Source: Candidatus Poribacteria bacterium
GTDB lineage: Bacteria; Poribacteria; WGA-4E; WGA-3G
DNA: 64,000 bases
Assembly: GCA_965205015.1 (NCBI GenBank)
Contig: OZ242029.1
Location: 5,376,001 to 5,440,000, forward strand
Reading direction: 5' to 3'
Each line of letters opens with the position of its first letter. Position 1 is the stretch's first letter. Shown piece by piece: positions 57,040-64,000 of the stretch. The notes under the pieces were generated by a model. It was not told the origin of the DNA. It ran no database searches and worked only from the letters and a program-made list of their open reading frames with translations. Made by a program: the position numbers and the translations under genes.

Positions 57040-57967
57040 ACCTAAGTTGCCACTAATCTTCAAATTGCATTTTTATATTTGTGGCGATAAGAAATAAAAA
57101 CAGTTTCAACTCAAATCCGTGGGTCTCCGTCACGGCGTGGATGGACTTGGGTAAAAGTTTTTCAACCAGACTATTAGTCACTTCAACGCGTTTCCTGTAA
57201 CGCTGCTGTAAGTATACTTCGTGAGGTGGATACTGACGCTTTGCATTCTTCTTGCGCAAGGGTTTGAACGCAATACCGACATCACCGAGGGCATCTTCAA
57301 TGGCATAGGTACAATAGGCTTTATCGGCATAAACCACCGATCCTTGCGGGAGATCAAACGTATAATATCACATGCCTACAACATCGTTGCATCCGCCCGG
57401 AGTGAAGAACGCTTCAACGATTTCACCCGTCTCGGAAACCCTCAGATGCGCCTTCAGTCCATAGAAATGCCGGCGTTTGCTGGCGATCTTGCCTCGCCAT
57501 GTTTCGCCTTGATACCGGCGACACCGAGAGATACGGATGTTATCACAGACGACGACAAGAAAGGTATCCACCGAATAGATATTATTGATGTTCTCGGTCT
57601 TCGCCGTTTCAACCAACTGTTCAAAGAGCGTCTGAAACAGCGGTCTGATCCGATGAAGTCTACGATTGTAGCGAGAGTGTCGAAGCATATTTGGAATATA
57701 TCCCAGCGTCTTCAAAGCAGCGCACGCGTTTCGGTGGTTGCCTGCGAAGTATCTCGCCGCAACGACTACCGTGGTCATGACTTCAGCATCTGTCATCTGT
57801 GTTTGTGGATGCTCTCGATGTCCGAGTGAAATTAAAAGATCGTCACAAATCGTATAAACTGCTACAATAGTTAGGTCCATGGGAGACTCCTTTGGTTTTA
57901 TCGTGATGTAAAAACTATAAAGGAGATCCCATGGATTTACAACTTTTTTATAGGTAGCAACTTAGGT
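57040..57967 (-). mobile_element. IS982-family insertion sequence (right copy, inverted)
   Basis: Terminal inverted repeats ACCTAAGTTGCCA ... GTAGCAACTTAGGT. Confidence 0.9.
57053..57880 (-). pseudogene. IS982 transposase with an in-frame TGA at 57368-57370
   Basis: VVGM*YYTFDLPQGSVVYADKAY aligns with VRGLRCYGFDLPPGAVVYADKAY of the left copy; an Arg codon has become a stop. Confidence 0.88.
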
Positions 57968-58043
57968 TATTCTACAAAAGAGTGAACAGGCTAACAGCCT
58001 ATTCTACAGCAAATTGTCCAAACTATAGTCACTCTTAATGATA

Positions 58044-59255
58044 TTACTGAGGGGGTCGTATTTTCTCAGTCAATTCTTCGTCAACGGTGATTGCCAGATG
58101 CCCTTGGGGTCCGACCATCTTATTTACCATAATTGACTCAAGTTCTTTATGCTCAAGGGCAGTCAGTTCCTCTGCCAAGGGACTGTTGATAAAGTCTTTA
58201 TAGGGACGACTTGTATCCATAAACGGCATGATGTACATCGGAATGACCGCCTGCAACATCGCTGCTCGCTTATGTGGCGTGCGATTTACACCTGCGCGAT
58301 GCCAAACCCGAGAATCGTAGACGATGTAACTCCCCGGTGGTGCCTCAACGACATCGGCATCCGGTCCGGTGTATGGCAATCCTTTGGACTCACGGTGTCC
58401 GTCCTGCCTTGAGGTATTTCCGTTTACCCACTCGACGGGTGGACCTTGACCGAATGTGTGGGATCCGAGTTTGAAACAGGTCGCCCCGTTTTCCTTACGA
58501 AATTCCGAGACGCAGAGGTTTCGTTGGACTCCCATGACCAAGCCATCAACTTGGTGAATCGGGATTCGGTTGGCAACTTCACTGCCGGCAATACCCCAGA
58601 GATAGGGAAAATCTGAGTGCCACCCTTGAACTTTCCGTCTGCCATCGTCGGGTGGGAGGATTGCAAAGCCTGGCGAGTGGCCGAGACGGATTTCCTGCGT
58701 TCGCATGTACTGACGCATCAGCCATAAGGAGACGGGTTCTGTCGCAATTTTCGCAACCGCTGCAGTCTCATTCAGGGGAGGCATACGTCGCTCGTAAGTG
58801 TCTTCTTCCCAGCGACCCGTGCAGCTCACCCGTTCCAATTCTTCGACAATATCAGGTGCGATGATGGAGGGGAGGCAGGCCCATCCGTTTTGCTCGAATG
58901 ATTTTAGGTATTCGGAGGGCAGATGTGCGGGACCATGTCCTGCAGAAAACACAGCACCTTCAGATGCTATGCTGCCATCCTCCATAAGCAGAATTCCTTT
59001 ATGACGCAGGTAGCAGCCATCTTTAACATCAGCGGGTTCCGCTTCGAGTTGGATTCCGGTAACGACATGACGATAAGTATTGCTGCCTTCAACCTGCTCC
59101 CATATTGCATCATCGTCAACATAATGAAATATTGAAAGTTCGTTGATCTCGGATACACCAAGAAAATCGCCATCGGGGTTCCGAAGTAGTGTAAAGTGCG
59201 CCGACGGCTTTTCAACCCGGACAACGCGTTCCTGAAACATTTCGTCTTTCACCAT
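58044..59255 (-). CDS. Phytanoyl-CoA dioxygenase (PhyH) family Fe(II)/2OG oxygenase with N-terminal extension
   Basis: WHSDF (HxD), ENGAT...GSH, VWHRAGVN..R. Confidence 0.85.
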   Translation of the reverse strand: MVKDEMFQERVVRVEKPSAHFTLLRNPDGDFLGVSEINELSIFHYVDDDAIWEQVEGSNTYRHVVTGIQLEAEPADVKDGCYLRHKGILLMEDGSIASEGAVFSAGHGPAHLPSEYLKSFEQNGWACLPSIIAPDIVEELERVSCTGRWEEDTYERRMPPLNETAAVAKIATEPVSLWLMRQYMRTQEIRLGHSPGFAILPPDDGRRKVQGWHSDFPYLWGIAGSEVANRIPIHQVDGLVMGVQRNLCVSEFRKENGATCFKLGSHTFGQGPPVEWVNGNTSRQDGHRESKGLPYTGPDADVVEAPPGSYIVYDSRVWHRAGVNRTPHKRAAMLQAVIPMYIMPFMDTSRPYKDFINSPLAEELTALEHKELESIMVNKMVGPQGHLAITVDEELTEKIRPPQ

Positions 59256-59301
59256 CGGTGTTAACTCCTGAATAATGATGAGATTCTACGTTTACATATA
59301 T

Positions 59302-60336
59302 CTAATGGACAACGCCTACCTCGGCAAGCCATGCCTCCAGTAGCTGCATGTTGCCGAGCGTATCGTCCCAAGACATCGCCGGTGCTTGCCGGTCTGCGAT
59401 GTGGGCGGCGACTGTATCCGCTTCATAGGTGAAGAGGTCCCGATCAACGTCGACTGTAATTTCTTCCCGACGCTGATGCGCGTCAACGATAATTTTTGTT
59501 GACGGGAAAGTTGTATCGAGTGGTAACGGCTCTCGTGCGTGGCGGCAGAGCGATGAAGGTAACCAAGGGCTTGGGATGGTAATTGAGCCTTCTGTGCCGT
59601 AGATAAAGACGCTGCTCCCAACGCTGCATTCAACGGCGGCGATTATCTCCCCAATGATGCCGTTTTCAAACTTAAGGGTCGCTGCTGCGATATGGTCAAC
59701 ACCCGTCGGACCCACTTTGCCGTTCCCTTTTATTTCGACAGGATTCAGGAACAGCTTGTTTTCAGCGGCACCCGCCATTTTGCGAGTCATTGAAGCCGTG
59801 TAGCATCCGATGTCGAGGATACCGCCGCCCCCCATTTCGCGGTTGAAAATTCGGCTTTGGGGGTTAAAATTCGACCGATAACTGAAAGTTGATCGGATGA
59901 CCCGGACATCGCCGATTGTTCCATCTTGTATCAGTTCAACCACCCTCGCGACCTGTGGATGGGTCCGATACATAAAGGCTTCCATGAGAAACACATCGTT
60001 TGCGCGTGCTGCGTCTACCATCGCAGCGGCTTCGGCGTGGTTCATACTGATCGGTTTCTCGATGAGGAGATGTTTCCCCGCTTCGGCACATTTTATTGCC
60101 CATTCCGCATGAAGTGGATGGATCGTGGCAATATAGACAGCGTCAATATCGTCGTCCGTTAGCAAGCCATCGTAGTCATTATATTGGCGAGGAATGTTGT
60201 AATCGTTAGTGAGTCTATCTATCTTGGATTGGGTGCGACTCGCAACGGCAAGGATCTGCCCGGAGTCCGTAAAACGCATCCCGTTGCAGAAGACATAAGC
60301 GATGCCGCCTGCCCCCATAACGCCCCAGTTTAACAT
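59302..60336 (-). CDS. Gfo/Idh/MocA family oxidoreductase
   Basis: MLNWGVMGAGGIA, IEKPI, EAFMYR.HP, GGGILDIGCY. Confidence 0.92.
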   Translation of the reverse strand: MLNWGVMGAGGIAYVFCNGMRFTDSGQILAVASRTQSKIDRLTNDYNIPRQYNDYDGLLTDDDIDAVYIATIHPLHAEWAIKCAEAGKHLLIEKPISMNHAEAAAMVDAARANDVFLMEAFMYRTHPQVARVVELIQDGTIGDVRVIRSTFSYRSNFNPQSRIFNREMGGGGILDIGCYTASMTRKMAGAAENKLFLNPVEIKGNGKVGPTGVDHIAAATLKFENGIIGEIIAAVECSVGSSVFIYGTEGSITIPSPWLPSSLCRHAREPLPLDTTFPSTKIIVDAHQRREEITVDVDRDLFTYEADTVAAHIADRQAPAMSWDDTLGNMQLLEAWLAEVGVVH

Positions 60337-60352
60337 ATTTTGTCTCCTCCTA

Positions 60353-61555
60353 TTAACTGTTTCGACCCTTTGCTGCTTCAGCGCGCTTGCTTGAGAGCGG
60401 GTGCATAATACCGGCACCGGGGGGCCAGACCCCTGGATCCGCTTTGATCCATTCACACAACTTCTGAGCATGGGGTGTCAAGGTTTCCCAAATTTCGTGC
60501 GGCATGATTCTGCTGAAACCGTGTTGTGAACGCCACGGTGCGGCGTACTCAACGTTTGGTAGTGCGCGAATTTCTCTTGAGAGGTTCGGGGTTGCACCGT
60601 GCCACGCGCGGTTATCCCGGAACACACCGGAACCAGCCGTCGCACCGACGAGTGTTGAGTGTTTCATCCAATCGGGTTCATCGCCGGGAGGTGGCGGGTT
60701 CTGCTGCAGTGTGTGTGACCCCGGAATTTGGCGGATGGGACCGTTTTCCCACGTCAGATCACACATGATGAAGTTAATCGTTACGGTCGGCGGGGTCATC
60801 TCCATTATCATCTTTTGTGATGGGACATCAAGGTTTCCGTTATCATCTCTATGGAGTTGAATGCCGAGGCGTTCCGCTTGCCTGATACGTGCTTCAGTAA
60901 GATGCTGTGAATCCCTACCATCGGAATGCAAGTGTTGGTACTCGACTGCGCCGGGGAGGCAGAGGTCGCCGCCTGAACCCCAGACACGGTAATCTGACGA
61001 ACCGAAGATTTCTTTAACAATAGGGGTTGTCGTCGGCAGATCTATCATGCTTGCCCAGGCGTGGTGGTGTAGCATCTGTCGTGAAGCCGAAGAGGTGCCG
61101 TAGCTATAGCGGTGTGGCAACCGTCCGGTTTCGGTTATATATTTTCTGTTCCCAGGTCCCGGTATGGAGAGGATATCGCGTAGGGCTTCAGCGCAACCCG
61201 CTCTCCAGCGTGCGAGTTGCTCGGCGTTAAGCAGGTCTTTGACGACAGCGAAACCATCGCGATGGAAGATTCGAGCGATTTTCTTGGTTTCGTGAGGTTC
61301 ACAGATCTCGAGTCCGCGGATACCGTTGTGCTGACGTAACTTTTCCCGTAGTGTGTTAACCTCTGGATCGTCGTAAACACGGCGTTTTGGCGAGTTGGGG
61401 TCTGCTACGCCGAACCCTCTTTCGCCGGGGAAGAGATTTCCTTGCGCGTCAACGGTTTCATTGATGGGTGTATTCTCATCCCACCCGACCCGTGTTTCAC
61501 CATAGACTTCCATCTCTTCCAGTTCTGCGGTGAAGGTCCGTCCGTTGTTACTCAT
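60353..61555 (-). CDS. Phytanoyl-CoA dioxygenase (PhyH) family protein
   Basis: QHLHSD, ENGPIRQIPGSH, AWHGATPN..R. Confidence 0.85.
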   Translation of the reverse strand: MSNNGRTFTAELEEMEVYGETRVGWDENTPINETVDAQGNLFPGERGFGVADPNSPKRRVYDDPEVNTLREKLRQHNGIRGLEICEPHETKKIARIFHRDGFAVVKDLLNAEQLARWRAGCAEALRDILSIPGPGNRKYITETGRLPHRYSYGTSSASRQMLHHHAWASMIDLPTTTPIVKEIFGSSDYRVWGSGGDLCLPGAVEYQHLHSDGRDSQHLTEARIRQAERLGIQLHRDDNGNLDVPSQKMIMEMTPPTVTINFIMCDLTWENGPIRQIPGSHTLQQNPPPPGDEPDWMKHSTLVGATAGSGVFRDNRAWHGATPNLSREIRALPNVEYAAPWRSQHGFSRIMPHEIWETLTPHAQKLCEWIKADPGVWPPGAGIMHPLSSKRAEAAKGRNS

Positions 61556-61893
61556 AGCTCTAACTCCTTACTCCCACCTACTGCAAGTGATGGGAAAATA
61601 TTGTTTTTTCGGGGTAAGCAACGCATATAGATACGACTCTGAAATTGGATATAAATGTATCACAATTGTATTTTTTTAGCAAGACGGGATAATTTACACA
61701 ATAAATCCAACTTTGGCACCTTCGGGTAAATTCCACGTTGTATAGTCTTGGCTGAAACCTATCGGTAGATACGTGGTTGAAAACAGGATAAACGTGAAAA
61801 AAATCGCAATTAACTTCGTTTTCACGGCGAGTTTCTCCTTTAGATTGCGTTCAAGTTGTGGACGATTATTGTGCGCGGGTGTCAGTGCGAAAA

Positions 61894-63390
61894 TCAGTCA
61901 GTAAACCAGAAGGCATAAAGTTGTGCCTCGAGCAGAGAAAAGCGAAGGCGCACGGTTCTACCGTGAAGTTCAGAGAAATCCGTCTTCTCCTTCCAGCGCA
62001 TCGGTTCGTCAATACTATCAATCATTGCCGGGATACTCTCGTCGAAGGTGTATCCTGGCAGAGGCCGTCCGTCATCGGCATTGAGGACCTCTACCTTAAC
62101 CCTGCCGCGCCAGGAATCCACATTGACACGCAGTTCTTTGGCTTCCACTACGACAGGCTTGGTCAGTACCGAACCCCATTCAATCCCTCCTTTGAGCGAC
62201 ACAAAACCGTCAACGCGAAGTTTTGCGAGTGACATGGCGAGATTATCAAGGTATTTTCTGTTCATCACATCTACCAGTGACTGGCTGCGGTGTCGAACGC
62301 CGAGATAGTAAAACCATAGTTCATTGTTGCGTCTGAGTGGTCCGTTGACGACCGAGATTTGCCCCGTATCGTAAGCACTGCCATCCCCAACAGGCGATAA
62401 CTCGATAAATGGTGTGCGGTTCGCGACCCGCTCCCACTGTCGTAGATCTCGACTCGAGGCTAATTCTACTGACTTGCGACTGTCTACGTTTTCATAGAGT
62501 GGCGGATGCTTCCCCGTCCAGTGGTGCATCACAGGTAGTCCGAGATACAACCCTTCATAGCGAAACACGGGAAAATTGTAAACGTCGGTGCGCCATTCCT
62601 CAGGTCGGTTGTATATCGGAGTAAGATAATCGGGATCCTCAATAAATTTTCGGATCCGTTCCTCCCCGTTCTCCTGATCAATCTGGTCGGCATGAAAAAT
62701 CAGTTCCAACCCGCTCCAGTTTTCAAAATCCTCACTGGTGCTCAAACAGAAGCTGCGTCCGTAAGGCGATCTACCATCGGGTCCAGCGTGCTTGACGGTC
62801 GCGATAAACAATCCATTTTCTTCGTCATAACCGAAGTGCGCCTCGTCCGAGCTTGGAACAAGTGGCACATCAAGATATGTCCAGTGAAGACAGTCTGGGG
62901 AGATGGCTGGTGTCAGTCCACCGCCTTTTCCCCATCCCATCCCTTTGTAGCGACGCTGTTCGTCAGGGTCATGGGGGTCGTAGATCGGTCCCAGAGGGAC
63001 GCCTGTAGGTAAGATGTTGTTCTCCGTGCCAATTGGGGTTCCCCGCCATGTAAGGGCATCGTAATCGTGAAACCCCAGAGACGGTTTCTCCCAGTTCACA
63101 CCATCTTCCGAAGTCGCATAGCAGATAAAGCTTTTCCCATCCATCGGTGCACCCGTCATGTCGAGCTTGACCTCCGGACTGTCTGCCTCTGAACTGGCAT
63201 AGTAGAGTGTTTTGTATACCGCTTCATCCGGCACCCACGCAGGGGTTGTCCACATCATAATGCCGCAGTTCTCCCAGCGATGCTCAGCCCGAAGCACGAC
63301 ATTCTTCTCGAATTTTTGCAGTGGGTGTAGTTTCCGGGCGAGATTGTCGATTTCCTCAACAATATGGTCATCGATGAATAACGCTTTCAT
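61894..63390 (-). CDS. Five-bladed beta-propeller glycoside hydrolase-like protein (GH32/GH43 fold)
   Basis: LFIDD, YATSEDGVNWEKPSLG, SPDCLHW, SEDFENWS, SRDLRQW, LRVDGFVS. Confidence 0.7.
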   Translation of the reverse strand: MKALFIDDHIVEEIDNLARKLHPLQKFEKNVVLRAEHRWENCGIMMWTTPAWVPDEAVYKTLYYASSEADSPEVKLDMTGAPMDGKSFICYATSEDGVNWEKPSLGFHDYDALTWRGTPIGTENNILPTGVPLGPIYDPHDPDEQRRYKGMGWGKGGGLTPAISPDCLHWTYLDVPLVPSSDEAHFGYDEENGLFIATVKHAGPDGRSPYGRSFCLSTSEDFENWSGLELIFHADQIDQENGEERIRKFIEDPDYLTPIYNRPEEWRTDVYNFPVFRYEGLYLGLPVMHHWTGKHPPLYENVDSRKSVELASSRDLRQWERVANRTPFIELSPVGDGSAYDTGQISVVNGPLRRNNELWFYYLGVRHRSQSLVDVMNRKYLDNLAMSLAKLRVDGFVSLKGGIEWGSVLTKPVVVEAKELRVNVDSWRGRVKVEVLNADDGRPLPGYTFDESIPAMIDSIDEPMRWKEKTDFSELHGRTVRLRFSLLEAQLYAFWFTD

Positions 63391-63411
63391 TTGGGCACCT
63401 CACATCAGAGA

Positions 63412-64000
63412 CTATATCCAACCATCTTCAATCATCAATGTCAACGGCGATTCCATCTCTTCCAGGGGTAGATGAATCCGTTGCCGTTTCCGAGAGGACT
63501 CATAGATCGCCATGAGTAGTTCGTGGGTGGCGTATCCCTGATGACCACTGGAGCGGTGTTCCCGACCTTCCTCAATAGCCTCAATCATGTCTCGCACAGG
63601 GGTGCTTTCTGACGGGAGTTCGGGTGTTACCCACTCTCCACCTGATTCTGCGGTACGGTAACGGATAGAGGGTCCACCGGGAGCAGCGAGTTCAAGCTCG
63701 CCTTCCGTTCCATAACAGTAGATGTGGTGATAACCGGAGGCGGTATCGCTGCCCGATTCAATGATCGCCCGCACATTGTCTTCGAACTTGAAGTAGCCGA
63801 TCGCGAAATCCTCGGAATGCAAGTCATATTTGGTCGGCGTGCCAATGCGTTCAATCTGACCGATCACCCAGCTTACGGGACGGTCGCCATAGACATATCG
63901 CATCAGATCAACCGTATGCGTAGCGTTATCCTTCAGGTCGCCTCCGCCACAGACCCCGTGAATGCGAAAGATATCGCCGATCACACCCGCAGCAATCATC
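63412..64000 (-). CDS. Gfo/Idh/MocA family oxidoreductase, C-terminal part (5' end outside the window)
   Basis: G.IG, DNATHTVDL, ED.A, GTEG, ELLMAIYESSR. Confidence 0.85.
   Translation of the reverse strand, partial: MIAAGVIGDIFRIHGVCGGGDLKDNATHTVDLMRYVYGDRPVSWVIGQIERIGTPTKYDLHSEDFAIGYFKFEDNVRAIIESGSDTASGYHHIYCYGTEGELELAAPGGPSIRYRTAESGGEWVTPELPSESTPVRDMIEAIEEGREHRSSGHQGYATHELLMAIYESSRKRQRIHLPLEEMESPLTLMIEDGWI

Larger units (their letters stand above)
51003..57967. mobile_element. Putative IS982 composite transposon (about 7.0 kb)
   Basis: Inverted IS982 copies at both ends; TATTCTA direct repeat at 50996-51002 and 57968-57974; the empty site restores a REP matching 8066-8089 at 23 of 24 nt. 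Confidence 0.75.

Overview
Bacterial chromosomal window, inferred to be Candidatus Poribacteria. The basis is three secreted LamG/ConA-like proteins ending in a VxPxGKLxxTWxxLK tail, several PhyH dioxygenases and Gfo/Idh/MocA oxidoreductases, and GTAG-type REP repeats. Housekeeping and metabolic genes include an RND pump, glcDE, a PorX-like regulator, dsbD, tRNA-Thr and tRNA-Phe, dnaN, korAB, aroQ and a ThiN-like gene. Accessory blocks: (i) a sigma54-type promoter driving an M16 peptidase and two paralogous ABC half-transporters; (ii) a co-oriented Fe-ADH / beta-propeller / HemN-like radical SAM / CoA-ligase / flavin halogenase / TAXI block, interrupted by a brnTA pair and a tnpB-only IS200/IS605 element; (iii) a decayed FRG-TPR gene carrying an IS3 fragment; (iv) the main find, an apparent IS982 composite transposon (51003-57967). 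It has a 7-bp target duplication, and its reconstructed empty site restores a REP copy seen elsewhere in the window. Its cargo is a restriction-nuclease-like domain fused to a tubulin-like GTPase, a promoter-proximal pseudoknotted RNA, a 64-aa membrane peptide, an orphan repeat-spacer-repeat CRISPR unit and a lipoprotein. The same RNA fold, with a different sequence, also forms the 5' leader of tnpB about 29 kb away. All calls come from reading motifs by eye; no database search or folding program was run.
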